A stretch of 44,548 bases of DNA from Pelomyxa schiedti (GCA_020536535.1 JAHLWZ010000383.1:1-44548), one strand, 5' to 3'; numbered from the stretch's first letter, positions 23,701 through 37,110 are shown. Notes: generated from the letters alone by a model not told the origin. Numbers and translations: made by a program.

Positions 23701-24369
23701 GCACTAGACAGGAAAAAAAAGTCAGTGGAAACTACTTAGGGGAGTGCCCTCTCCCAAGATGTTACTCCCCCGTCTACTCCCCTCCATTCATCCCCCAAAT
23801 TCCAAAACAAATTCAATGGAGCACTGTGGGTGCCCGATGTGTCGTTGATTGAACAGTGTCATGGTCAGGTCACATACCCCCATGGTTGTGTGCTTAGTGC
23901 CTTATTAATTAGATTGACGGTTGGGAGGGTCTGACTGTGTCTGTTTTGTCTTCTCGCACTTTGTTTTTGTACGTAATTGGCCGAGTACGAAACACTAAAG
24001 ACCGAATACTTTTTGGCAACTTGCGGAGATTGACGCGTTGTTACACCAACGTACCATTCTCATTTCTAACCAAGTTGCTACTTTCAGTCTCTGAGTGATT
24101 TCCAGGATTTCCGTTTCAGGTAAGATGTCGCTTTACCAGCCGTCTCCGTGAAAACGAAAACAAAAAAAAAAAAAAAACAAAAAATGAACACCAACAGGGA
24201 GACGGTGGCGTGGTGGGAGGTTGGCCTCGGCTTCTTTTTCCACGTTATTGATGCCCTTGTGTAGGTGAGGAAACATTTTGTTGGGTTAGTCATTGCCAAC
24301 CCGCTGGAATGTGTGTTTCCTCCGCCCCTCTCTGTTCCTCCCGGGGGCTCCTTCACCTAACCCCACTCT

Positions 24370-27300
24370 ATGCTTCCCCGGACAAAAAAAAAAACAGCCT
24401 CCGGCTCCCTTTTCGTTGTCGACTCTTATGGCGGGAAAATGCCCAACAAATTGACACCCCCAAAACACCCAGAGGCCAAGAAAACCACCCCCAGAACCAG
24501 CCCCGAGCCCGCGCCCCACGCCGCCCCGTCGTGCACTCCCCCGCCACCAGATCTCTCTTTACAATCCGCACCCTCCGCCACTGTCACCATCACGCCCCCA
24601 CCTGTCACTCCTCCTACTACTACAACCACATCAGATACAGCAGCTGCAACTGCAATTGCACCTGTAACTGCCTCTTCTGGAGTGACACCGCCGCCTGCCA
24701 GTCTCACACTGACATTGCCGGCCCAATCTCCTCCCTCCAATTCCGCCTCCGCATGTACCCTCGATGCCTCGTCGGCGGCGCCAAAGACCTCCCCGAGAGA
24801 CAAAGACGGCGGCGCCGTGACTCCGCGCACGCGCAACCGCAGCTCCTCGAATTCCAAAATAAATCCGCCACCAAATGCCGCGAGCGGCACGGCCGCCGAC
24901 GCAAAGGACAAGGAAAAGGACGCAACTGCTGTTTCTGGACAAACAAGACCAAGGAGCTCATCGCGATCAAAGCAGCCGGCTCCTAATACCCTTACTGCTT
25001 CAGCTTCTGCTTCAGATGGCGCAGTTGCATCTGGTGCTCCGAAACCTGAGAATCCTGTGAAGGATGCACCAAAGGTAAAGTGTGAAACAGTCTCACAACC
25101 TTGCAGAAGGTATCTCCCTCTCACTGGGGAGGCACGTGAATTGGTTTCTATTAGCCCGGGTAATTTCGCCTCTGGATATGTATTATATATACATGTTCAT
25201 AGTGTACTCTCATTTTGGGCTTACCCGTAGTGTATAGGAACTGTTGTGGAAGTAAATGTGAAAGTGGATGCATCTGGAAAACCCTCTGCTGTACTTGCTG
25301 GTCCTCCTTTGGCACTGCCGGGGAGTGCCAAGGCAGCTGCCTACGCAATTGCTTGTGCCAGGAGGTTGGACCCTGGTGTGTAAGGATCTAACTTTCTACA
25401 CATGTAATAATGTTCTGGCAGTTTTCTCTGAGGAAGTTATGGCACACACAAGACATCTCATTGAAAATCCAGGATTTGGTGATCCTAAACTCAGAGATTT
25501 AACGGGATTAGCATTTATCACAATGGGTTTCAACAACAACAACAACTGGCAAAACCAGAATGACTTCTCTTAGACAATGAGGATTCCCGTGATCTAGACC
25601 AGGCAATGTTTATCAGGATGCAAGGGAAAGAGTATAATATATTATATGCTTTAGCAGATGCCTCCTACTACATTACTCCTGGCACGCCCCTCTTCCAAGA
25701 AGCGATGAAAAGAAACACAAGCTATTATCTTCCTGGGATGTGTATCCCAATGCTTCCAAAAGAATTATCTGAAGGACTCATTTCACTGAATCCAGGTTAC
25801 TCAGCATAAATTGTGAACTGCAACACTAAATTTAACAGGGGAACTCAGGCGTTCTCTAGTATTTGATATGACGATCAATGATGAAGGACTTCTCACCAGG
25901 ACTGAAGTATACAGAGCTCTTATCAGATCTAGAAGAAAGTTAACATATGAAGGTAACCAAATATAAGCTATCTAAGCAAACCAATTCACCTTAAAAAAAA
26001 CCTCTTCAGGAGTTCAACAATACCATGATGATAAATTACATTCGCCTCTTTCCGGCCAAGATTTTACTGAAACTCTCGATTTACTCCAAGTGGTTGGTGA
26101 TATTCGTATTGCAGAAGCCTCTCGCCGTAATGTTGTGTCATTCCATCGAAGTGCTGTAAGTGTACATGCGGGTATTGGGCCTGGAGGTGTCTTTGAAATG
26201 GCTGGAGATGCCAGATTCATGACAGAGAGATGGAATGAACAAATCTCATTATTGTGCAATATAGCAGGAGGTGCTTTGCTTTTAGGGGGAGGTGTATCAG
26301 GTGAAGCTGATGAAAAGAAGAAAGAAAACCTTCAAGGTATATGGCGTGTGCACGCAGCACCTCCACCAGAGCGTTTACAGCACCTACAAGAACGAATAGA
26401 AAAAATTGTCGCTGCACATTCTGAACTTCCTAGTGACATGGTGCAGCGGTTCCTTTGGAAGAGAGCAGAAAATGACTTCGGATTCTCTTCTACTCCACCT
26501 GGCCGTGAACCCGCAAAAACGGCTGTTACCCCAGTTTCCGAGCCAAAAACTCCCCTTGAATCAAATCCTCCCACAGAACACACCACTCCTCCATCAAGTG
26601 AACCCGCTTCTACTACTAAACCTCCTGTGCAAGGGGAAACGCTTTCCGCATATCTTTCCAGATTACCTCTGGAAGGCCCGTATATGCCAATTAGCAAAGC
26701 CATACACAGAGCTGCAATGATGACTAACGTAGCGTCAGAGCTAGACCGCAAGCCTGGTATACATTACGGCGTAGGTGCCCAGTGCTATGCTCGCTTTTCC
26801 AGCCCAATGCGTGAAATGGTAGGTATATTTGTGCACAAGCAAGCATGTGATTTCCTGGGACTACAACCAGCATCAGCAGCAACCGCTGAGCAACACAGCG
26901 ACGAACAACTCTGCAAGCATGTTGTCTATGGTGGAAATAATGCAAAATTGCTCCAGTCACAGCTAGTGAAGGACACAAACAGACTTGCCATTGACCACGT
27001 CCTTGGAGCTGATCTTTTGTGGCCTTCAGCAATGCGACCTCTCCGTGCTGGAATTATCCTTGGAATTTCAGTTGACAAATCCCGATTTTTTGTGCAGGTA
27101 AAATGGATGTCTCTAATAATTCTCATCTCATTCTCGAAATAGCTTGAGAATCCCCCAATCGAGGTCAAAGTTTACTTGAATCACCTTGATAAAGCTGGAG
27201 GTGACTTATTCCAGGTTAGTAGTATATTCTTTCCTGCTGGCTTCCCTCCAGCTTTTTGTTTTCCTTGGTGCTTTCTTACATAATCCCAACAGATAGACCA

Positions 27301-27900
27301 ATCGGCAGTAAGCATCTCCAATGCGAGCGGTGATGTATTCTCCGTCGGGGACCAAATTCTCGTTCGGGTTGTTTCCGGTGGCTGCCACGGCGTGAGTGAT
27401 GTTTGGGTACTAGAACCAGTGAGACCAAAACACCACTCCAAATCAAAGAAAACCGGTACACCCCCGGCAAGTTCAGCAACAGCAACAGCAACTGCATCAA
27501 CCACTACCCCAGCAACACCACAACCNNNNNNNNNNNNNNNNNNNNNNNNNNNNNNNNNNNNNNNNNNNNNNNNNNNNNNNNNNNNNNNNNNNNNNNNNNN
27601 NNNNNNNNNNNNNNNNNNNNNNNNNGGGTACTAGAACCAGTGAGACCAAAACACCACTCCAAATCAAAGAAAACCGGTACACCCCCGGCAAGTTCAGCAA
27701 CAGCAACAGCAACTGCATCAACCACTACCCCAGCAACACCACAACCCCCTGCAGAATCCATTGTACCAGCCTCAGCTTCAACACCAACAGTGGAATCAAT
27801 TTCCACAAAACCGGCTGTAAATGTCATCAGCCCAACGACAACAAATGCGACAGAGGTTCATACTCACGACTCAACTAGCACCACTGAAAAGAAGGACTAA
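24370..27900 (+). CDS. RNB-domain 3'-5' exoribonuclease (RNase II/R family), bacterial-type core with low-complexity termini
   Basis: Spliced motifs DLTGLAFITMDNEDSRDLDQAM, ALADASYY..TSYYLPG..PMLPKELSEGLISLNP, HYGVGAQCYARFSSPMRE, plus a C-terminal S1-like region. The gene spans the gap at 27526-27625. Start is 24370 or 24440. Confidence 0.88.
27405..27746. other. Scaffold gap (100 N, 27526-27625) with identical 121-bp flanks; assembly artifact
   Basis: 27405-27525 equals 27626-27746. Confidence 0.9.
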
Positions 27901-27963
27901 TTTGAAAATAATTCAATAGATGTTGTCAGGGGTTTTTTTTTCTCTTTCTCTTGGAAGTTCCAA

Positions 27964-29029
27964 CTAGGAAAAGGATAGTTCCGCAACTAAAGGACGGTGG
28001 TCACTGCAAGTGCTATCGGGAATCCAGGTATTTAGCACTTTGACAGCAAGCTGGGAATCCTTGTTAATAAAGATGTAGTCTATCTTTTCAGTCGGTGTAT
28101 CCTGTGGAAAGTGTGAGAGCCGCTCTTTTTGAGGGTTTTTTCATTTTGTTGTACTTACAGAAGGGAATGTGTATCCAGAACCTGTCCCAGCCAGGTCCCA
28201 AACCTCATAGTAGTCCTCCTTCATGTCCAACACGGGTTGGTCTTCTGGAGTTGCATTGAAGTCTCCAGTGACAATGACTTATAATTGGAATAAGGTTTCA
28301 AGTAAGCACCGAGTGGATAAGGAAAGAGAATACCTGTATCATTTGGATATTTTACGCGGAGTGTACTGTCAATAAAGGTTTTTAACTCGGCTATTTCATC
28401 TACGCGACAGTCCTCATCCAAATCCAAGTGAGTGTTGATAAAGAGCAATCCAATTTTGCCACCCAATTCCTGAGGCAGTAATCTTATTCCAAAGCAAGCT
28501 CTAGCCTCATTGGAGTATGACTTGTAGTGATACTCCTGGTAGAATTCCACAGTGAAGTCAGACAATCCTCCAATTCCGTACCTGCACCCGCAACATAAGT
28601 CAAATCTCAGGAATTCTCTCCCGAATCCCCAACAGTGAAAGAGAAGTACTCTCCACCCTGGTAAGGTATTGTCTCTGTATACACGTCATACATCCCAGTC
28701 AGCTCAGAAAATTCCGCGGGTTGATCAACACCCCCTGACCTAGTTGTCATGTTGTCCAATTCCTGCATTCCAACAAGCTGTGCACCAGCATCCAATATTA
28801 CTGCAATATGTAAAATAGGAAATAAAGTAAGCAAGTCAAGTTTTTCATTTTGGGAGCTAGAAGAAGAAAAACCATTAGCTTGGTCAGGGATATTTAAGGA
28901 CCCCTTGATATTGTGACCAGACTTCACATTGTATGTCATTACAACAAGTGATGATGCACTCCTTGTCATCAACAACATCCCATAAGCGAGAAACACCAGT
29001 CCAGAAACCACAACGTGCCGTGTCCTCAT
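27964..29029 (-). CDS. Secreted endonuclease/exonuclease/phosphatase (EEP) family metal-dependent hydrolase
   Basis: Signal-peptide-like MRTRHVVVSGLVFLAYGMLLM, then VMTYNV, LVGMQELD, NTHLD, VTGDFNATP, GYTFPS, KIDYIF and SDHRPLVAEL. Four GT-AG introns. Stop TAG at 27964-27966. Confidence 0.92.
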
Positions 29030-29164
29030 TGTCTCTCCTTGCAAATGTTTTCGTTTTTGAAAAGGTTGAGGGCTGATTTTTTTTTTCGGATTTTTACAAT
29101 TAACAGATAATTTGACGATTTGAGGGCTGGTTGCTGTTACTGAGGACTCCATTGTAGTAGTGTT

Positions 29165-32100
29165 TTAGTTTTGGTTGGAGGAACCTGGCTGAGGTTGTGT
29201 GACTACCAACATTTTGGTGCCTGCTACTTGACTCTTGGTCATGTGTATGTGTTGGAATCCTGAGGCATCACAGGGCCTGTCATCATCATAGTCGTTGTCA
29301 GGGTGATCACCACTTTTGGGTGTTTTCCGGTGGTGACTGTGGTTGATGGTTTTCCCTTGTGTGTGAGTGTGAGTGTGGGTGTGGGTGTGGGTCTTGGTGT
29401 GGGTGTGGGTCTTGGTGTGATTATGGGATGAGTGAGTGTTGTGCTTCTGCTTGGATGTGTTTTTGACCTTCATCTCTATTCCCGATTGTTCATCTGGGAG
29501 GATATTCTCGTGTTCAGGGTCCTGGCCGGTTTCAGTAGAGCTGGGTCTTGGGTGTGGAGTGGTGCTGGATTCATCTTTACTCATGCTGGTGAGAATTTCC
29601 ACGATATCCTGAAAATCGGGCCGGTCACTTTCTTGTTGTGCCCAACAACTGGTTTTGCTGGTAAGAGAACGCGTGAAATTCCAAGGAAAGAACCGTTGAA
29701 TCAACTGAGCGTAATTTGTTGGACAATCAGAAGGTATGTTGGGTCTTTCTCCATTGGCTACCTGTGCGGTGTTGATGAGGCAGAGTGAGAAACTAAACTA
29801 CCTTTGGAGGAATATCCCATATGGCAACTCCTTCCCAAGGTTCCTCGCGAGACCACATTTCCCATAGGCACATACCAAAACTGTAAACATCAACCTAGTA
29901 TCATGTTAAACATTGCAATGCCACTGCACACTCTTGCTTTATAGTTGTAGTCCTCAGCAGTGATAAGCTCTGGAGCCTTTTGAACATTAAAAAGCAGGAA
30001 TTATGAGAACAAAAACCATGTAGATGGGAGTTCCAAGGCCACAAGTATAATTTTTCTTCAGTTCTGTACAGTGTCAAAATTAGGCTAGTTAGTGACAGCT
30101 CTTGCCTGGATTTTCCACGTTTCTTGCTGTTCCAAAATCTGAAATAACGATCAGTACCGAGGAGAGGGAGATTTACAAAACCAGTTATTTTGCAGTTAAC
30201 TGGAGCATCTAAAGATTCGGAAACAAGAAGAATATTGCTGCACTTCAGATCACCTTGTTGTTTTGGAAAAAATCCATTGGAGGAAATGTTCTTACGGAAT
30301 AAAATTTTATTGTGATGCAGGAACAACATGGCATCAGCAGTATTATGGCCAAATTTGAGGAGTAAACTAAGTGGAATATCTTTATCAAGCTCTAAGTATG
30401 TCTGGAGACTTCCATTTTCAATTAGCTCCGTGCATAGACACAACTTTCCTGAAAGGTATTGGTATCTCCCACTTCTCCCCATTATCAAACCAGGAACATG
30501 AGATGCCCCAACAAAAGATACAATACAGGGGTGTCGTAGAATTTTCATCAGGTCACATTCTTCTTCAAAGTGCTTAATCTCTGCATCTCTGAAGGCCTCT
30601 TGGTGCTTTAATATTTTCACTGCAATAATTTGTGACCGGTAGACACCCCTAAAGACTGATCTAGTGCCAGTTGTAAGAGAGTAGTCATTTTTGTTTTGCA
30701 TTTGTACCCAAATCCTCCTGAAGCTAGAGGAAGCGGGTCTAACATTACTTCTGCCGGGTCAATTCGCTCACTCACAGCTCCCTCTAAATTGATTTTAACA
30801 AATGCCCCTCCAAGTAAATCTCTATCGTTGGGGGGTGTGCTCCAAATCTGCTGCGCAGCTTTTATAGATGAAGCTGTGTAGACTTCCACTCTCAAAGGTT
30901 GGTCAAAGTGGGCAGTATACAGAAGTTTAAGTGCCACATCTATTATAATTACATGGCCTGCCCGAATAATACCCCTGCCTGGTGTGGCAGATATTTTTAC
31001 AAGATCAGGGGCATCAGGAAGGAATACAGAAAAAGCTACAGAGTGATGAGACCTGTGCACCTGATTATTTGACGCTTACTTATAGAAAAGAATGAAACCT
31101 GTTTTCTATTCTCACGACATCGCGGAGCTGTTGCATAATAGGACAAGCATCTCCCTCGTGCAAGTCAAAAGTCAACTTCTCAGTGTCGATCACAAACCCA
31201 GCCTCAGACAGTTCCTTACCTGTAAATCTTGTATAATAATTGGGAAGCTCCTCTCTGGTCACAATAGGCACTTTTTCTCCTGGCATTGATCTCCAAATGT
31301 ACTTTGCGTGCCTCCTTCTCTTAACGACTACAAATATAGCCGCAGATAGCACGAGAGCGCAACATACTGCACCAAAGGTAACAGCGAGCACGATAAAGCC
31401 TATTGCCACGTTACTCATAGGTACTCGCCGAGCTGTCCAGTTTAGTACAAAGCCATGGTGACTATTATATCCGTCAAGTGTTACAAGAACAAACTTGTCA
31501 TGTAACACAATAGGTGCAGGAGCTTCTGTGTTGGTTGAAGTAATAGTCTCTATCATTGCACCAGTCATATTTGATGTGTACAGAGTAATGATCCCACACT
31601 TATCCAGACCGACAAAAAGAAATTCGATATACAACTCATCATAACTGCAGTCCGGGGCAATGAGCCATTTACAAGCTGTGTCAGGTACAAAATGCATGTC
31701 GTTATAAAGACCACTTGGCGGCCTATCTGACCAAATACTTCCTTCACAACCAGTATTGATAACAAGTTCCTCCATGCAGCCTCGGCTACAATCATACCAG
31801 AAACAGCCAGAATTACAGGTGCACAAAGCTGTATCTTCATCGCATGAGCCTCTTCCGGTTTCACTGTTGCAAGTATTGCTTTCTCCCAAACCGCACCATG
31901 CATCATCAACACAGTCTTCCCAACCCAGCACATACAGAGGAACGTACAATATTAGGAGATCCTGTACATCACTTTGGATCCCAATCGAGTAGTTGCCAGG
32001 CTGAAAAAAAGCAGCAGACTCATTATAGCCTGAATACTCCTGGTTCCATTGAGGGCACGCCTCATAGGGGATGAGAGAGGACCAAGTCATAAAATACCTT

Positions 32101-33318
32101 TTTAACCAGATAAGTGGCAAAGATGAGATATAAAACCACATTTGAACCTCCGGTCAGCAAAAAATCCATTATGATCAATGCCATACCACACCTTGTTTCC
32201 AGCCCCACTAATTCCTGCGATTGTATAACTAACATAGGCCATGAGTTGGGAATCGAACTATATTTGATTTGAAGTCTCTCTTGATAGACTTTTATTAGAA
32301 CATATTTGGAGTCGCATACGGGATGGTATATGTGAAGACAAGTGGATCCTGTGGGCAAAACTCCAAGGTTGTTACTATCTTGACCCCACAAGAAGGTTCT
32401 ACCCACCCCTCATCACAAACACAGTAGCCAAGCTTTTCTTCACACCATCCATGTAGCGGGCAATAATCAGGACAGCCTGGTTTGTAGCAGCGCCATCTAG
32501 GTGCAAAAGATACTGTTCTAGTTGGGATAGTAGTCATATTTACATTTGGGTCTGAAAAAGTGATGGAAATAGATGCAGCTGTTGATGTCGATTAGGTTCA
32601 GTCACTTGACGAAGTTATTTTATAAAAAGGATTTCAACCGGCAAGGATGTCTTCCTGACAATTCATTGTGATGGTGAAATATCGCGTATTTGTTTCATCA
32701 GGGGCTAATCCTGATGCATTCAGTCCCTCAACAGTCACATTAGTTCTAACATAAAGAGAAAAAGGGGAAAAAAAAAAATCAGCCAAGAGAAAACCGGCAA
32801 TAGGCCCTCCCGCCCCCCAAAAAAAGACCATGAGAAATGTGTTATTACCTAATTGGGGTGGGTCCAAGTAGAGCACCAAAAAGAGCGGCGATGTGCATCT
32901 CCCAATGTGCCGAGTACGCGACAGTGGTGGCATCACTCCCCTGCCACGACGACGACGACGACGACGAAGAATCCGCGATCCACCAGTAGAACGACACGTC
33001 GGCCTGCTGCGCGTCGGCGTGCGACGTGCTGTCGGGGTGCGACGCCCCCTGGTCGACGAACCACTCGTCGACCTCGTCGCACACGACCACGGGGTACTCC
33101 ACAAAGTCGCCAGCGTCCACGTGGCCGTACGACGGCGCCGCCGACGAGGACGAGGAGTTGGCGATGGGGGTTGTTGTCTGCAGGGATGATTGGGGAATAA
33201 GGCCAATGACATAGAGGCACGGAGAAGCGGACACTGAAAGAACGGTGCGTGACGTCGTGTGGAGAGCAAGAATGATAAACGCCTCGAGTGCGACGCGTAG
33301 GCTCGTCGTTGTTTGCAT
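29165..33318 (-). CDS. Single-pass receptor-like TKL protein kinase with EGF-like and CUB ectodomains
   Basis: Hydrophobic N-terminus, EGF motifs (CPDYCPLHGWC..CVCDEGW; GSCDEDTALCTCNSG), CUB-like CKWLIAP..IEF, and a TM helix followed by KRRR. Kinase motifs LASGGFGSV, AVK, FRDLKCSNILL, DFG, GTPIYMAPE, DVYSFG, CWAQQESDRPDF. Confidence 0.9.
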
Positions 33319-33590
33319 TTTTTTTTGTTGTTGTTTTTTTCGGTAGTTTGTTCTTGTTTGTTCAGTCTCAAATTCCGTTGAACAACTATTCGTGTAACCA
33401 CAAAACTTCTTCATTCTCCCAGACAAGCATGGAACATTCCTGAACCACGGGTCTGTCCCCATGCACGATCCAAGCACGCTCACAATGGTTCCAGTGTGTC
33501 TAGTGTTGAAGAGAAGTCCCAGGAGACCGTAATTGGTAGGGATGGTTCTCAAAGCGGGAACCATCAAAGATCGTTTGATTTGATTGGTGA

Positions 33591-35489
33591 ATGGCAACTG
33601 GGGCGGGTACGGGGGCGGATGACACTGTTCTGGAAACGGGAATACCGCCTCCAATGCGGTACACTTCCGGTCGTCCGCGATTTGCGCCTCCCAGAAGCGC
33701 CGACATTCTCGTACGACCCCTTCGTTTTTTTTTTTTTTTTGCCCTCTCTTTTGTTTTCTTTAAGATCCTCGTTTCTCTCGTTTAATGCACCATGATTTTA
33801 TGTTCGAAAATACTAATTTAGTGTGCAGGCTGATGACCAAGTTCCGGGGATTGTTTCTGAACCTGTCTCCGTCGAAGCAGCTTCCAATGCTTTCAAGGAT
33901 GCGTCATTTGAACCAAAAGGTTTCATTTTTCCCCACTTGGTTTTGTGCCAAAGCTTTTTCTTTCGAGATACGGAGTTGTTAACAGCAAACAGAAGAACCA
34001 GCTGACAACCGCTTTGTACCACGTGATATACCTGCTCTGCCAGAAAGAGACATGACCCCACAAGAGATGCTTCAATGGTTGCAAAAGCTTCAAGTTGAAG
34101 TGACTCTTTTCGAAAAGAAACTATTGGCAATGAATACCACTCCAGCATCACAAGTTAGTCTGGTTGCAGATTTTGTACCACTAACACTGCACCTAATCTA
34201 AAAGATTTCACCCACCACAAACCAAATTAAAGAGGAATTAAGTAGATTAAAAACTCTTATGCTTGAATTGCAACAAGAAACCAGGTGAAAGAACCTTTTT
34301 TTTTTCTTTTTTCTTATCCACCAAAAAGCACCCAAGCCTCACAGTCAACGATGCCAATTGCAAAATCTTTAAGTTTACAGCAAGGTAGGCATTATTAGTG
34401 CTGATATTCATTTAAAATGCCTTAGATTTGATACAACAAATAAGATCGGAAGTAGACAATTTCATGCATAATGGACAATCGGTTCAGCCAATAGTATCAA
34501 AAGTACTGCATGTTGCTTTATTTCTTCTACCTCCAATCTCATTAATACAGACTACTGGCATCCGTTCTGGGGCTGATGCACCGGTGAGGCGCATGCTTTG
34601 CATTTTTTGGGTAATTTTCATACAGACAACTCACTGTAAATAGGCTATGCTTACTTACGAGCTTACGTGTTCCCCTGATGCATCCAGAGTTATTTTAACA
34701 TCCCGCATTACCGCATTAGAGTCCAGAGTTGCTCATCTGGAAAAACTCATTGGATCCCTATCACCTGAGGTAGATTTCTGAGGTTCGTGATTGGAAGACT
34801 CTGATTTTTCAAAGGAACAAATATCACTGGGAGCTCCCCTTATAGTACTAACCAGGGATCTTCGTAAAAAAGTCAACCTTCTGTCAACTGGAAACTTAGA
34901 CCTCATTGACGCTAAACTTAAAGTTGTAACGGCTGAACTGAAAAATGCCAAAGAATCCCTTCATAACCACGTACCTTCTGATTCAAGTGAAACGAAGATA
35001 AACCAAGCAAAGGTTTGTCTCCTAAAATTAGCAAGAAATTATTACTGATGTAAGAAAACATAGAGATAATTATAAATAAACAAGCAAACAAAATAAATAA
35101 ATAAAAGATAGATGCCCTCTTTGAAATGATGAAAAAATGGGACACAACTGCCCAGTGCTTGCCTGCCATTGTGGAACGGATGAGAACACTGCACACTGTG
35201 CACAAAGCGGCTTTATCTCTCACTGAGGTACATACCCTTTCCCCCAAACACACCATTTGACATTCACTTCAGGACATTCAACAAATCGAAGTTGGTCAGG
35301 CCCGCGTGTCTGAGCTCCTCGTTTCCAACAACAAGTTGTTATCACAGGTTCAAACAAGGCCTTTTTTTTTTGTTTAAACACTTATAACCTTAACAGATGG
35401 AAACCTCGTTCAAAGAAAACATCGAGGTCATGCAAGCCAATTTGCAGATATTACTCCAAAGACTCTCCACCACAAAAAGCAAAAGCTAG
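33591..35489 (+). CDS. DCTN2: Dynactin subunit 2 (dynamitin/p50)
   Basis: Spliced motifs TVLETG, AASNAFKD, EELSRLK, TYEL, LESRVAHLEKLIG, KVNLL..LDLIDAKL, MKKWD..LPAIVERMRTLHTVH, SFKENIEVMQANL. Stop TAG at 35487-35489. Confidence 0.8.
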
Positions 35490-35656
35490 GCCCACTCCCT
35501 CAGTCAATAACCACAATAACAAAAAAAAAAACGAGTCCCAATCAACCATCAAAACCCCTTTTTTCATCACACCCCTTTTTCCTTTGTTGAAACATTTGAT
35601 AACAACAGACGAGCAGGAAAAGGAACAAAAAAACAAATAAAAAGAGTTTGATCTAG

Positions 35657-36781
35657 ATGGAGAGGTACGATTACCTGTTCAAGTTCATTATCATTGGTGA
35701 CGCTGGAACCGGCAAAACGTGTCTGCTGTACCGTTTTATGGAGGACAAATGTGTCCCACAATACCTCATTTTTGGCACACCATAAATTTTTGCGTCTCCC
35801 ATCCGAATCACCTCACCCTTCTCCTTTTTCCTTCTCCATGGATGTAACATTCTATTTACCTTTTTCCACACTTCAGTCAAGTCAAATTCGTCACACACTA
35901 TTGGCGTTGAGTTTGGCAGCAAACTTATTGAAGTGGGTGGAAAAACTGTAAAATTGCAAATATGGGTGTGTCGTTCGTGCTTCAAATATATATATTTTGG
36001 TCAGTCTTACACCAACCATCATAAAATCAGGACACTGCCGGGCAAGAGCGATTCAGGTACAAGAACTCTAACAAACTTTGTGGAAGAAAATAATTCAACT
36101 CTATAGAGCTGTAACTCGCAGTTACTACAAAGGTGCTGCTGGTTGTATACTGGTATGCCATTTTCGTCCATTTCCAACCGTCAAATAAGAGTTATTATAG
36201 GTGTATGACGTAACCAAGTGTGTTTGTTCAATCTCTCCTTGTCGGCATTTATATCTATTCGGGAAGGAGAGACACCTATAACAACATTTCTTCATGGCTC
36301 GCTGATGCTAAGTCACTTGCAAACAAGGATATTGCAACAGTTTTGGTTGGAAACAAAACCGATTTGTCCGATGTAGAGTTTCCCTTCCTGCTTTCCTGTC
36401 ATCTAATGCAACCTGAAATCAGAGACAAGTCCAGTTTTTAGAAGCAAGCAGATTTGGGCAAGAGAACAGTAACTTCCCCTGGATTAAAAATGTAGCATAA
36501 CATTCTGAAGATATGATGTACATTGAGAGCAGTGCATTTTCTGGTGAGAATGTAGAAGAAGTATTTTTAAAGTGCGCGCGAACCATACTTAGCAAAATCA
36601 ATTCCGGTAAGTCCCTACCCACACAATTTCATACCATTCAACACAAATCCTAGGCATCCTTGATCCCACCAAGGTATCAGGTGGCAAGCCAGCCGATGTA
36701 GTAGACCCCTCCACACCAGAAGCCAGCAACACAACCACACTGTCCCCCTCCTCGTCTTCCTCTCCATGCTCTAACTGCTAG
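35657..36781 (+). CDS. RAB4: Rab family small GTPase, Rab4-like (8 introns)
   Basis: [86 protein letters not shown]. Ends PCSNC*. Confidence 0.92.
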
Positions 36782-37110
36782 AGAGTATAGAGAAAATATG
36801 TTGACACTTATAACACCCACACTTCTCTTTGCTGCCTGGGCTTGCCCACTTGTCTTCGTTTGGGAAATATGGGAAAAACGAGGTGGTATGAAAAATACTT
36901 TTTCAACAGAAAAAACATGAAAAATATTGTGAAACTACTATTTATTTCACCACGTTTTTGTAAAATCGAGTTGTGGTAGGAGGGCATCCCAGTGGTGTTT
37001 GAAAATGTCCGCTGGTGTGCCAGTGTGTCTGGGGATAATTTCGTTACTGTTAAAAGTGAGACGAACTTTCTGATAAAGGTGTCGTGGTACACAAGGGTAC
37101 AACAATCAGA

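Noticed and set aside
33785-33830. ATG at 33785 as the dynamitin start
   Set aside because: It lies within a predicted intron (33711-33828). The exon from 33591 splices in frame.
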